Shown here: positions 37,805-46,975 of the stretch, one piece after another
Layout of the letters: the number at the start of each line of letters is the position of its first letter
How positions within the stretch are numbered: position 1 is the stretch's first letter
Origin: an uncultured virus (IMG/VR IMGVR_UViG_3300035670_000134)
Lineage: Duplodnaviria > Heunggongvirae > Uroviricota > Caudoviricetes
Length of the DNA: 64,000 nt
Reading direction: 5' to 3' (one strand)
IMG/VR virus record: IMGVR_UViG_3300035670_000134
The notes under the pieces: generated by a model
What the model was told of the DNA's origin: nothing
Databases searched by the model: none
The model's input: only the letters and a program-made list of their open reading frames with translations
Made by a program: the position numbers and the translations under genes

Positions 37805-37813
37805 ATTATACCT
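37805..37813 (-). promoter_or_regulatory. -10 promoter (AGGTATAAT) for Cys-rich peptide and head-tail genes
   Basis: Perfect TATAAT in intergenic DNA upstream of an RBS. Confidence 0.6.
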
Positions 37814-37858
37814 AAAATAGATCTAATAGTACAGACTAAGGCGCAGAGGAGTATCTAT

Positions 37859-38230
37859 TTACGAATACTTTTTACTCCCATAATATGGAACACCGTGACC
37901 TGAATCAATGATGTCATCATTTAAACAGGCGGTGAGATTTTCGTCGCTATAGACATAGCCAAGAATTGTTCCGTATTTGGCTTCAGGATCTTTAACGGTC
38001 TTAACAAAAATTTTGTCTTGACCTACAAGCCAATCGTACACATAATCTTTAGCCGCAATTGCTTTGGATTTCTCAAGTTTATCAGCAGCGCAAGTTTCAG
38101 GAGTGTTTACACCATGCAAACGAACACGGATTCTATGATGAATATTAAAACCAAGATCAACAAGGAGATCGATGGTATCACCATCTACGACGCGATAAAG
38201 TTTCGCTTCGTAGAAGTATTTCATCAACAT
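37859..38230 (-). CDS. thermonuclease (SNase)-family protein
   Basis: RVVDGDT...RVRLHGVNTPE...KYG.ILG. Confidence 0.85.
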   Translation of the reverse strand: MLMKYFYEAKLYRVVDGDTIDLLVDLGFNIHHRIRVRLHGVNTPETCAADKLEKSKAIAAKDYVYDWLVGQDKIFVKTVKDPEAKYGTILGYVYSDENLTACLNDDIIDSGHGVPYYGSKKYS

Positions 38231-39261
38231 CAGCCAAACATTGCCGCCCAAGTTTTGGGACCAACGATCCCATCAACATGGAGATTGTTCTGACGCTGCC
38301 AGTCACGAACCTTCTGGCGGGTGACGGGACCAAAATCACCATCAACCTTTGTTCCGACCTTCGCCTGTATGAGCTTTACGGCTTCTCTATTTGCGGAACG
38401 GAACTTCACCGCCTCACCGGGATAAGGATGGCTCTGAGGGGCAGCAGGGGCTGGCTGAGGGGCTTGTGGAGCCGGTGCTGGTGCCGGAGCAGGAGCCTGT
38501 GCTGGAGCCTGTGCTGGAGCCTGTGCTGGAGCAACCGGTGCCGAATTCATCTGACCCCATGTCTTTGGTCCAACAATACCATCAACATAAAGATCATTCT
38601 CCGCCTGCCATCTCTTCACAGCAGCCTCAGTCTTAGGACCGAAAATACCATCAACCGGCTGAGCACCGACAACCTGTTGGACCTTCTTGACCTGATCACC
38701 ACGGGAACCGATCTGCAACCACGGGGTCTTGCCGGCAGGAGCAACAGGGGTCTTGGGGCCATCAGGTTTTACAATAGGAACTGAAACTTTTGCTTCACCA
38801 AAAATCTTCTTAAAGAAAGCAATGTAATGATCAGGATTATCTGCAAACTCGTTGGAAACTTCAATATGGACCCAATCACCGCCCGGAGCACCAGAAAAAA
38901 CCCTGTTCGAATATACCTGCCATTCACCACGATCACACTTCCAACCACGACCCCAAGGCTTCGGGAAATAATCAAACACAGCCTCAACACCAAGATCGTC
39001 GGCATGCTCAACAAGGAAATCCATCATGCGAACGGCATCGTTATACTTACCGGTACCCTTATATGGGGCACCACGCCAAGAAAGATCGCCAGCACGGCCG
39101 GTTGAATGAACCGAAGGGTTAGACTTTCCACGCATATTTCTTACACCCCACGTTCCGTTATTCCACAAACCAAAATGGGCTTCCAAAAGATCAACAAGCA
39201 TTTCAAAACCAGCACGCTTACCAGAAGCGGTCTTATCATAGCCGGTATAAGGTCTATTCAT
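38230..39261 (-). CDS. endolysin: Zn-peptidase-like domain plus two peptidoglycan-binding domains
   Basis: SVHSTGRAGD...DWVHIE; two VDG.FGP.T...V..WQ....L.VDGIVGPKTW repeats; Pro/Ala linker; AGGAGG RBS before the Met at 39261. Confidence 0.85.
   Translation of the reverse strand: MNRPYTGYDKTASGKRAGFEMLVDLLEAHFGLWNNGTWGVRNMRGKSNPSVHSTGRAGDLSWRGAPYKGTGKYNDAVRMMDFLVEHADDLGVEAVFDYFPKPWGRGWKCDRGEWQVYSNRVFSGAPGGDWVHIEVSNEFADNPDHYIAFFKKIFGEAKVSVPIVKPDGPKTPVAPAGKTPWLQIGSRGDQVKKVQQVVGAQPVDGIFGPKTEAAVKRWQAENDLYVDGIVGPKTWGQMNSAPVAPAQAPAQAPAQAPAPAPAPAPQAPQPAPAAPQSHPYPGEAVKFRSANREAVKLIQAKVGTKVDGDFGPVTRQKVRDWQRQNNLHVDGIVGPKTWAAMFG
38492..38532. repeat. 12-bp tandem repeat (ggagcctgtgct x3.4) encoding the APAQ linker
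   Basis: Seen directly. Confidence 0.85.
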
Positions 39262-39437
39262 TTTATTCCTCCTAAACATCTACTACAATTGTAGCATAAA
39301 CCGTTTATCTATAAATTAGACACAACAGCAATTTTGCGGATTCAGCATGGCGTTGTCGCCTGACTCTGTGCGCCGTCACAGCCAAACACTCACAGCACCG
39401 TGGTTATAAATGGAAAAGTTCACCAATTAGATAAGCA

Positions 39438-40736
39438 TTAATCATCGGTATATCCGTAAACTCTGACTGTACCTCCGCTGAGAGTTCCGGAATCAGAAGC
39501 GAGAACGAACGAAGTAAATTGTGTGGTTGCGGTATTCATACCGCCAGCAAAAAATGCACCTCCATTGTAAGTTCCAGTAGCAGAAAATGTCGTTCTAGTC
39601 GCTAAATTGGGCTGATACAGATCTATGCAAACCGACATATTATTACTACCTGTATTCCCAACCATAATATACCAATTATTACCATTATTAACCTGCAGAC
39701 TTGCCGTACCACCACTATAAGGTTGTAAAAACATTCCATTATAGTAACCCGAACTAGAAGAACCGAGCTGTAAACGGGGAACGCTTCCGTTAACAGTATC
39801 TCTGACACCCGAGATTACAATTCTATAGTTAGCAAACTCAGACGAAAATGCACCTGTTACAGTTGTTGTACCGCTAACCGCCTGTGTCTTGATCAGGACC
39901 ATACCGACGGATCTACCTGCGACTCTAACATCCCCTGTGGCATTGATATCACCATTTACATCCAGCCTATAAGATGGTGCCGTATCATTTATACCAACAT
40001 TTCCAGAACCATCAACGGTAACACGAACTGTCTCGTCAGTCGCCAAATAGAGTTTACGGGAGGCAGAATTCTGACCGACCCACATAGCTGTATTATCCAA
40101 TGAAACAAAGCCTGTGTAACCAACACCAGCAACCATGAGGTGTCCGTTGCCAGAAGAGTCAGGCGTGATGCTGGTTCCTCCACCAAGCATTACCTGACCG
40201 TTCACATCCAGTGTGTAAGATGGAGACAAATCACCAATACCGACACGATTATTCGTTGAATCAACATGCAACGTACCGCTATCAACCGTGAAATCTGTAG
40301 CAACCTTCCAAGCATCAGCAGATTCATCCCACAAAATCTCTACATTAGGATCATCACCACGCTCAACCTCAATACCTGCATTTGCCGTAGCAGAACCCGT
40401 AGCCCCCGAATTCAACGTAACCTTATTATCCTCAACATACAACTCTGTCGTATTCAACGTTGTTGTATTGCCAGAAATAGTTAAATCACCATCAACTGTT
40501 AAAGAACCGGAAACCGTAGCATTACCCGAAACCGCAGCATTGCCGGTAACATCAAGTTCAACAGAAGGAGAAAGATTATTAACCCCGACCCTATTATTGG
40601 CGGAATCAACCTTCAAAACATCCGGGGCAATAGCAAGACCATAAGCAGACCACTTACCATCCCCATAAATCCACTTCTTCCCGTTAGAAGTAAAAATATC
40701 ACCATTATTCGGGGTATCAGGGAAATTAATAGCCAT
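39438..40736 (-). CDS. fibre/appendage protein
   Basis: MAINFP N-terminus; three VG(I/V)N...PS..LDV.G repeats; variable C-terminal domain. Confidence 0.75.
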   Translation of the reverse strand: MAINFPDTPNNGDIFTSNGKKWIYGDGKWSAYGLAIAPDVLKVDSANNRVGVNNLSPSVELDVTGNAAVSGNATVSGSLTVDGDLTISGNTTTLNTTELYVEDNKVTLNSGATGSATANAGIEVERGDDPNVEILWDESADAWKVATDFTVDSGTLHVDSTNNRVGIGDLSPSYTLDVNGQVMLGGGTSITPDSSGNGHLMVAGVGYTGFVSLDNTAMWVGQNSASRKLYLATDETVRVTVDGSGNVGINDTAPSYRLDVNGDINATGDVRVAGRSVGMVLIKTQAVSGTTTVTGAFSSEFANYRIVISGVRDTVNGSVPRLQLGSSSSGYYNGMFLQPYSGGTASLQVNNGNNWYIMVGNTGSNNMSVCIDLYQPNLATRTTFSATGTYNGGAFFAGGMNTATTQFTSFVLASDSGTLSGGTVRVYGYTDD

Positions 40737-40924
40737 CAGACATCTCCCTCAATTGTATCAGAAGGTTGATCAGGTTGCCATTCTTCGGGCGTGTTGCCTT
40801 CAGCGACCCATTCCAAATACTGCTGGTAATCGGTGTTCGCAGGATCAAACGGAATCCTCATACCGTCAGAACGCACAATAACTTGTTCGCCCAACATGTT
40901 TGTTTGAATCATGTACATCATCAC
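40736..40924 (-). CDS. small fibre-associated chaperone-like protein
   Basis: IPFDPANTDYQQYLEWVAEGNTPE motif. Confidence 0.7.
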   Translation of the reverse strand: MMMYMIQTNMLGEQVIVRSDGMRIPFDPANTDYQQYLEWVAEGNTPEEWQPDQPSDTIEGDV

Positions 40925-42552
40925 AACTCCGCACTAATAGCGTAAGCCCAAAGCCAAGCGTTGACCGTAGACGTTCCCGGCGCAACATAATGCCTGTCAG
41001 CGTTCAACCCAGAGCCACCAACTGCATTTACGTTGTCGGTTCTGGAAAAACCCGTATCGTAGGTTGAAATTTTTGACGCATTGCCGACTGAATCCCAAAA
41101 TGAAAGACTTGGTGTCGCCCTCATGGATACCTTGTGCTCGGCGTAAAACAGTTTCGCAGCGTTTTCGGTTCCCCACCCGCCAAAGATAACAGCGTCGCCA
41201 GCACCAGTTAAAGAACCGGGAACGGTTTCGTAGCGGTAACTTTTCTGGTAGTACCGCTGGCAACGTGTCAACTCCACACCGAACGGCAGGTGCTCGAACG
41301 GTGTTGCTTGTGGGCCGACTTCCAACTGGACACCCGTCAAGTAGAATGAAGAGTTTGGAATAGTTGCCAAGTTTACAGAACTAGAAGTCAAATAATGATA
41401 ATTTGAAATATTTCCCCAATTGTCTAAATAGTCGTCCCCCGTTCTATCTGCGTGTGCACCAATATACCATTGAACTCTGATTCCTAATGAATTATCTGTA
41501 GTCCAAGTGCCTGACGACGTTCCAGAAGCCATTGGGATCACTATTGATTTGTACTCCCAAGTATCTGCATTTGTTATATTAAACTCTTTTTGCAAAAGCC
41601 TTGTAAATGCTCCATTGCTAAAATGACAAGTATATGTTCCGGCAGTAGAAGATTTTACCCAGAAAGAAAGTGTTGCATAAGTATATTTATATAAATGGCT
41701 AGCGTTGTATCCCTCTATGCGTTGCTCTATATACATGGAACCGCCGCTACCAAAAATTAGTGTATTGGAATCATTTTGCCATTTAAGTGAGTGCGTAAAA
41801 CCATTTGGAGCATCAGTTGATTGTGACCTAGTAATAGTATTTCCTGAAGACCAGTTAAAATCACTACCGCGCCACCTGTCGCAATGAAAATAACTATTTC
41901 CTCCACCAGATGTATGGCTAACAGAAGTTCCCCTCTGGGCAATACGCATATCGCCATTAATAATTGCGTTCTTTTGACCCGTATACGGAGTAACATATTC
42001 CCCGCCGATCTGAACAGAATTTGCTGTCACCGTGTTAGCAGCAACATCATCAACATTTGGTAAAGAAATATTTGTACCATCTGAAGTAATAGAAACCCCG
42101 CCCAAATCGATAGAAGAACCCGACAAATACAGGTCACGGAACCGGTTCGAAGCAGAACCCAAATCATACGTTACATTGGCCTGAGGAATAAGATGACCAT
42201 CAGAAGTTAACTGTAACCTTTCAGTACCGGCGGTTCTGAACCGGATAACATCCTCATCAGAAGAAGCCTCAACCTGAATAGACGTATCAGCATCAGCATC
42301 AGACAAAATATCAGACAAATCAGTAGCCGCACCAATCTCAACCCAGCTCTGATCATAATAAACAAACGTTTGACCTGTATCAGACTCAAACCAAATATCA
42401 CCGGCCGACGGATTTACAGGAGCCGTATCAGAAGCGGTAAAAGTAGAAGAAGTCTGAGAAAGCTGCCAATACGTACCATTCCACGTCCACGTTCTATCAC
42501 CAACAGAATACTGTTGATCAACGGTTGGGGAATCAGGAAAATCAATCGCCAT
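40921..42552 (-). CDS. fibre protein with carbohydrate-binding-like domain
   Basis: MAIDFP; NAIINGDMRIAQRG...GVQLEVGPQATPFEH...ELTRCQRYY. Confidence 0.78.
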   Translation of the reverse strand: MAIDFPDSPTVDQQYSVGDRTWTWNGTYWQLSQTSSTFTASDTAPVNPSAGDIWFESDTGQTFVYYDQSWVEIGAATDLSDILSDADADTSIQVEASSDEDVIRFRTAGTERLQLTSDGHLIPQANVTYDLGSASNRFRDLYLSGSSIDLGGVSITSDGTNISLPNVDDVAANTVTANSVQIGGEYVTPYTGQKNAIINGDMRIAQRGTSVSHTSGGGNSYFHCDRWRGSDFNWSSGNTITRSQSTDAPNGFTHSLKWQNDSNTLIFGSGGSMYIEQRIEGYNASHLYKYTYATLSFWVKSSTAGTYTCHFSNGAFTRLLQKEFNITNADTWEYKSIVIPMASGTSSGTWTTDNSLGIRVQWYIGAHADRTGDDYLDNWGNISNYHYLTSSSVNLATIPNSSFYLTGVQLEVGPQATPFEHLPFGVELTRCQRYYQKSYRYETVPGSLTGAGDAVIFGGWGTENAAKLFYAEHKVSMRATPSLSFWDSVGNASKISTYDTGFSRTDNVNAVGGSGLNADRHYVAPGTSTVNAWLWAYAISAEL

Positions 42553-42604
42553 AAATATACACCTTCAGGTATCTATCCTATTATCTCAATTATACTATAA
42601 ATAA

Positions 42605-42811
42605 TCAAGAAGGAATATCTTCTTCCGGTTCGGCAGGAGGAATAAACTCGCCGTCAACATAAGACCAGCCGGGACCGCATGGAAGATCATCAGGCACCTT
42701 AACTAAAGAAATTTCTTTGCCCGGATCGTACTCGGTGACACCATCCCATAAGGAAACATTAACCACCAAACCATCGGTGTTTATATGGGTATATCTGGAT
42801 ACTTCACTCAT
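42605..42811 (-). CDS. small fibre-associated protein
   Basis: GLVVNVSLWDG...GPGWSYVDGEF motif; follows Gly-rich fibre gene. Confidence 0.65.
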   Translation of the reverse strand: MSEVSRYTHINTDGLVVNVSLWDGVTEYDPGKEISLVKVPDDLPCGPGWSYVDGEFIPPAEPEEDIPS

Positions 42812-43674
42812 TACGCAAACAACTCCACTATGACGACACCAGCGGCTCCGTTCCCACCTGCAGCATTCACAGTAAATCTCATACCTGCGCCACCGCCACC
42901 GCCATATAATTCGCCTGCGTAACCATCAGAGCTTGTGAAAGCAAAGTTCTCACCCCCACCGAATCCGCCAGCACCAAGATGCGAGTTTCCTCCATTTCCA
43001 CCTGTCTGTCGGTTGAATGATGAACCATTCGTTCCTGCTTCTCCTGCGAGAACAAAACTTCCAACGGTGCCTGTGCCTCTATAACCGCCGCCAGAACCAT
43101 TCGGGTCGTTGAAGCCCCCACCGCCACCAGTCGCTACAGCGTGGCTGCCAAAGGACGAAGTTCCACCCGCTGTTCCACTTCCACCAGATGAACCAGTCCC
43201 ACCTGAACCAACGGTAACTGTTTCTGAAGCCGACAAAGATCCAGCAGAAACAAATGCTTCTGCGTAACCGCCGCCTCCACCGCTACCTCCACAACGATCA
43301 TTGGTTATTGACCCCCCCCCTGCTCCGCCAGCGCCTTGCACCCTTACGCGAATTGCACGCAGCCACGGATAGCTCGCCTTTGTGAACGTGCCCGATGTCG
43401 TGAAATACAGCGTCTGGACATACATGTACCCAACATTCGGGGTGAAGCCGCCCCCAATTGTCACATCATTATCGAATGTGACATTACCTGAAGAATCGAT
43501 AGAAACCGCATTGGGATCATTCAGAATAACCCAAGCCGTACCGTTATAGAACAGAGTCTTTTGTGTATCTGTTTCAAATACGACTTGTCCATGATAAGGA
43601 GAAGCCGGCCGGGTTGTCGATGTACACACGCCGGGTTGAAGGATACTGTTCGGTACTGATGATGTAAGACCCAT
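42811..43674 (-). CDS. glycine-rich fibre protein
   Basis: GVCTSTTRPASPY.GQ...ETDT N-terminus; GAGGAGGG...GAAGVVIVE domain. Confidence 0.78.
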   Translation of the reverse strand: MGLTSSVPNSILQPGVCTSTTRPASPYHGQVVFETDTQKTLFYNGTAWVILNDPNAVSIDSSGNVTFDNDVTIGGGFTPNVGYMYVQTLYFTTSGTFTKASYPWLRAIRVRVQGAGGAGGGSITNDRCGGSGGGGGYAEAFVSAGSLSASETVTVGSGGTGSSGGSGTAGGTSSFGSHAVATGGGGGFNDPNGSGGGYRGTGTVGSFVLAGEAGTNGSSFNRQTGGNGGNSHLGAGGFGGGENFAFTSSDGYAGELYGGGGGAGMRFTVNAAGGNGAAGVVIVELFA

Positions 43675-43841
43675 TATTCTACCTCCTCAGGATTCCACTC
43701 TTCGGGGACGTTACCCTCTTCTAGCCATGCTAGGTATTGTTGGTAGTCAATATTGGAGGGGTCGGTGGGTATATGCGTAATATCAGCCAAACGAACAATC
43801 CCATATATTTCTCCATTCCCACTCACTGTTGCGTACATCAT
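43674..43841 (-). CDS. 55-aa fibre chaperone-like protein, paralog of 40736-40924 (not in ORF track)
   Basis: MMYATVSGNGEIYGIVRLADITHIPTDPSNIDYQQYLAWLEEGNVPEEWNPEEVE. Confidence 0.8.
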   Translation of the reverse strand: MMYATVSGNGEIYGIVRLADITHIPTDPSNIDYQQYLAWLEEGNVPEEWNPEEVE

Positions 43842-45145
43842 CACAACTCCGCACTCGCCGTATAGTGGTAAATAACTTTAATTAAAGAACCAGCAGCAAA
43901 GTTGGAAGTATTAACTATATGCCCGTTTTGGTTACCGAAAATAATTGGAGTAAAAAATGTTGAACTAGGTGTTGACCCATAAACAATTTGAATGCTCCCA
44001 AGAACCCCATCTGCTCTGTAAACCGCTACTGAAGGAGCCGCACGCTTAGTAACTGTGTAAACAGCCCGCATACCTCCCCACCCATCCGTTTGACCAAGTG
44101 CTGCATAAAACGGAACCTGCTGGACCACGGCAGGGAATGCTGCCTGATCAGTGCCAAAAGCAGTTCCGTAAGCATAAGAAGTTTCAAAATACCTTTTACA
44201 TAGTGCTAACTCTTCCCCAAAAGAACGATGTTCAAAGGGGGTTGCCTTATCTCCAACCTCCAATTGGACACCCGTCACCTGCCAATAGTTATTCGTTGCA
44301 GCAGCAAGGTTGACCTGACCGACAGCACGGTTTGCATTGACCAACGATTCCCATGAAGTGGCTAGGGTGCCAGATGTAAAAACCGTCCCAGCACCTATCC
44401 AAAAGTCAACGTTAAAGGAATGACCATTGTCGTTATCAAGAACACCAGTAGTGTCTGCTGAAAATGTGATTGTTTTCTTCTCCCAAGTACCAGATGTAGA
44501 AACACTGTATGATTTTGAGACATGGCGGTTATTGTCTTCATCAATCAAAGCCAAAATGTAAGTTCCAGTAACATTGGATTTAATCCAGAATGAAACAGTT
44601 AATTGTTCAGCGGAAGAAGTACCTTTCTTTATATGCTGGAGGTCTTGTCCCTCTAGTTTTTGGCGCAAGAAAAGGTAGTCGCTGGAGGCTGGGCTGAAAG
44701 ATGATGTACACAACATTTTTAGCGATTTACGAAAACCCGACCCCGTGGGGGCATCATTCTCAATGCTTTGAGTCCAACCGCCAACATTTGAAATTGCAGT
44801 TTGCCAACGATCCGCCGTGTAATAGGCGAGGCTGTTTGCGGATGCGTTTGAGGTGCCACGCTGCGCCACCTGCATGGCACCGTTGTACAACAAGTTCCTA
44901 CGACCCGTATACGGAGTGACATTCTCCCCAGCAATAGTCATGGCATCAGCAGTAACCGTTGCCCCCGTACCAGAGAACGACACTAACGCCGGGTCAGCAA
45001 CAACAACCCACGCAGAGTTATCCCACACCAAAGTACGGTTAGTATCAGTCTCATAGATGACTTGACCGTTATAAGGATTTTGGGGGCGGTCCGTGGAAAG
45101 GCATACCCCTGTTCTTAGTCCGCCAGTAGTGCTAGAAACAGCCAT
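43841..45145 (-). CDS. fibre protein with carbohydrate-binding-like domain, paralog of 40921-42552
   Basis: RNLLYNGAMQVAQRG...GVQLEVGDKATPFEH...ELALCKRYF. Confidence 0.78.
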   Translation of the reverse strand: MAVSSTTGGLRTGVCLSTDRPQNPYNGQVIYETDTNRTLVWDNSAWVVVADPALVSFSGTGATVTADAMTIAGENVTPYTGRRNLLYNGAMQVAQRGTSNASANSLAYYTADRWQTAISNVGGWTQSIENDAPTGSGFRKSLKMLCTSSFSPASSDYLFLRQKLEGQDLQHIKKGTSSAEQLTVSFWIKSNVTGTYILALIDEDNNRHVSKSYSVSTSGTWEKKTITFSADTTGVLDNDNGHSFNVDFWIGAGTVFTSGTLATSWESLVNANRAVGQVNLAAATNNYWQVTGVQLEVGDKATPFEHRSFGEELALCKRYFETSYAYGTAFGTDQAAFPAVVQQVPFYAALGQTDGWGGMRAVYTVTKRAAPSVAVYRADGVLGSIQIVYGSTPSSTFFTPIIFGNQNGHIVNTSNFAAGSLIKVIYHYTASAEL

Positions 45146-45315
45146 CAGTTAGCCTCCAAATTAAAGGAGGGAGGGAGTTCTGGATCGTCACATGCATCAT
45201 ACGGCTCTAACATTTCGTGGCAACCACCGCACTCAACCACATCAGGAAAACCAAGAATATTGTAAGTTACACCACTGTTAATGCAACCATCTTGCTCACA
45301 CACTACAGTCACCAT
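45145..45315 (-). CDS. 56-aa Cys-containing protein (not in ORF track)
   Basis: MVTVVCEQDGCINSGVTYNILGFPDVVECGGCHEMLEPYDACDDPELPPSFNLEAN; stop overlaps next start. Confidence 0.72.
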   Translation of the reverse strand: MVTVVCEQDGCINSGVTYNILGFPDVVECGGCHEMLEPYDACDDPELPPSFNLEAN

Positions 45316-45319
45316 ATCA

Positions 45320-46063
45320 TCACACCCTGTAATAAATCAATCCATCAACAGCGTCGCCTGCGGCCCAAGTGAATGGCGAGGTTGAGTTTATAAATCCCCA
45401 CTGAGCAAATGAACCTCCAGTACCAACAATCAATAAACTCACCGTAGTCCCACCACCGGTAAGAGCGACGCCCTGCCACCATGCTGAACCAGAATCAAGT
45501 AAACCAATTGGCTGAAAGTGTGGACCTCCTTGGCTTGCGACAGGGAGCGTAAAATCAGGAAATGTTCCCATTGTTGCTACGACAGCGTAAATACGAACAA
45601 ACATTATGTTGTTTATTCGCAAATAAGAAAATGATGTTGCACTAGCAGTCCAATTCGTCAATGTCGGCGTGTACGTCGTCCATGTTCCAATAGCATTGAG
45701 TTCGGCTGCTTGAAGGACATCGCCACCAACAAACGAACCCAAGGAACGAATAGCAGCACCACCACCAAGCCTATTAGCGTATTCCGTCCCGCCAATCCTC
45801 AAATTTGTAGCATTAATATCCCCTGTAACGTCTAAAGCATAAGAAGGAGAAGTATCGTTAACCCCAACCCGCCCGTTAGCAGAATCAATGCTCAAAACCT
45901 GATTATCGGCAACAACAAGCCATGCAGCATTGTCATACACAAGAGTGCGATTGGTGTCAGTCTCGTAGATCAACTGGCCTTCAAAAGGATTAGCCGGTCT
46001 GGTAGAAGAAGTACAAACACCTTCCTTAATACCCAACCGGCCCAATGCGGCATCAATAGCCAT
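45320..46063 (-). CDS. fibre/appendage protein
   Basis: GVCTSSTRPANPFEGQLIYETDT N-terminus; RVGVNDTSPSYALDVTG; WTTYTPTLT. Confidence 0.72.
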   Translation of the reverse strand: MAIDAALGRLGIKEGVCTSSTRPANPFEGQLIYETDTNRTLVYDNAAWLVVADNQVLSIDSANGRVGVNDTSPSYALDVTGDINATNLRIGGTEYANRLGGGAAIRSLGSFVGGDVLQAAELNAIGTWTTYTPTLTNWTASATSFSYLRINNIMFVRIYAVVATMGTFPDFTLPVASQGGPHFQPIGLLDSGSAWWQGVALTGGGTTVSLLIVGTGGSFAQWGFINSTSPFTWAAGDAVDGLIYYRV

Positions 46064-46398
46064 TATGCAGTTTCCTTAACCCAGCCTGTAGCAGTAACGT
46101 TAACAGCACCACGATCAGAAATCGCCTGCAACGTTTCCGCAGCAGTCAATACCAACGCAGTATCAAACACCAAAGTATCGTTAGCAGAAATAGGAAGCTG
46201 ATACATAATAGCGTTAGAAGCTGTAGAAGTGCCTCCAACGCTAATAGTCACCCAAGCATCAACACCATTAGTGTTTGTTACAATTAACTGCTTAATAACC
46301 CAGACCCGGCTGGCAGGCACCGTACCAAGAGTGGTATCAGTAGTACCAACAGCAGACGGTCCAAAAACTCTAGATTCTGTACGATCTCCAACAGCCAT
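46063..46398 (-). CDS. virion structural protein (beta-sandwich-like)
   Basis: TVPAS..VIKQLIVTN...LVLTAAETLQA; similar to 46643-46972. Confidence 0.65.
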   Translation of the reverse strand: MAVGDRTESRVFGPSAVGTTDTTLGTVPASRVWVIKQLIVTNTNGVDAWVTISVGGTSTASNAIMYQLPISANDTLVFDTALVLTAAETLQAISDRGAVNVTATGWVKETA

Positions 46399-46646
46399 TA
46401 GGGTCCAATCTCCATTAATATTATAGCACTATCTGTCGTATCATTGGTAATGGAATAATCAGAAGTTCCGCCAGAAGTTCCACCACCGGCAACCTCAACC
46501 CACACACCATCATAATAAAACAATAAAGCACCTACATCGGTTTTATACCATAAATCACCTTCTGCTGCATTACCCGGAGCAGAATCTGACGCCGTAACAC
46601 GACGACCAGTATTCCCAAAGTTCTGAGCAGAAATGCGACCAATCAT
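46398..46646 (-). CDS. small structural protein
   Basis: ASDSAP...GDLWY.TD.G....YYDGVWVE motif shared with 40921-42552. Confidence 0.65.
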   Translation of the reverse strand: MIGRISAQNFGNTGRRVTASDSAPGNAAEGDLWYKTDVGALLFYYDGVWVEVAGGGTSGGTSDYSITNDTTDSAIILMEIGP

Positions 46647-46972
46647 GCGACGTATTCGACTCCGCTCACATTTAAAACAACATTACCATCGGCCTGAGTG
46701 AGATACAAAGCATCTCCAGCGTTAAGAACATACACAGAGTTTGTATGAATAACATCCAGAGCCGGAATTGTAACATTTGCCATAATAGTATTATTAGAAG
46801 CAGCACTGTCTCCAGAAGGAATTAGATGAACAGAAACCGTCTTATCAGTTGAAGCATTATTACAAAAGTTTAATGTTCTAATAATTGTATAACTTCCAAC
46901 ATTGGATGAGGCGGTATAAACATTCGCCGCTGTCGCATTTCCAATATAAAGTCTCTTAGGTGTCAAAGCCAT
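46643..46972 (-). CDS. virion structural protein (beta-sandwich-like)
   Basis: TIIRTLNFCN...YVLNAGDAL...VSGVEY. Confidence 0.65.
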   Translation of the reverse strand: MALTPKRLYIGNATAANVYTASSNVGSYTIIRTLNFCNNASTDKTVSVHLIPSGDSAASNNTIMANVTIPALDVIHTNSVYVLNAGDALYLTQADGNVVLNVSGVEYVA

Positions 46973-46975
46973 TTT

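Noticed and set aside
38492..38532. 12-bp tandem repeat as a regulatory or CRISPR-like element
   Set aside because: In frame within the endolysin and encodes an ordinary Pro/Ala linker.
39438..46063. Diversity-generating retroelement or shufflon acting on the fibre genes
   Set aside because: No reverse transcriptase or invertase in the window, no template/variable repeat pair differing only at adenines, and all cassettes are in the same orientation.
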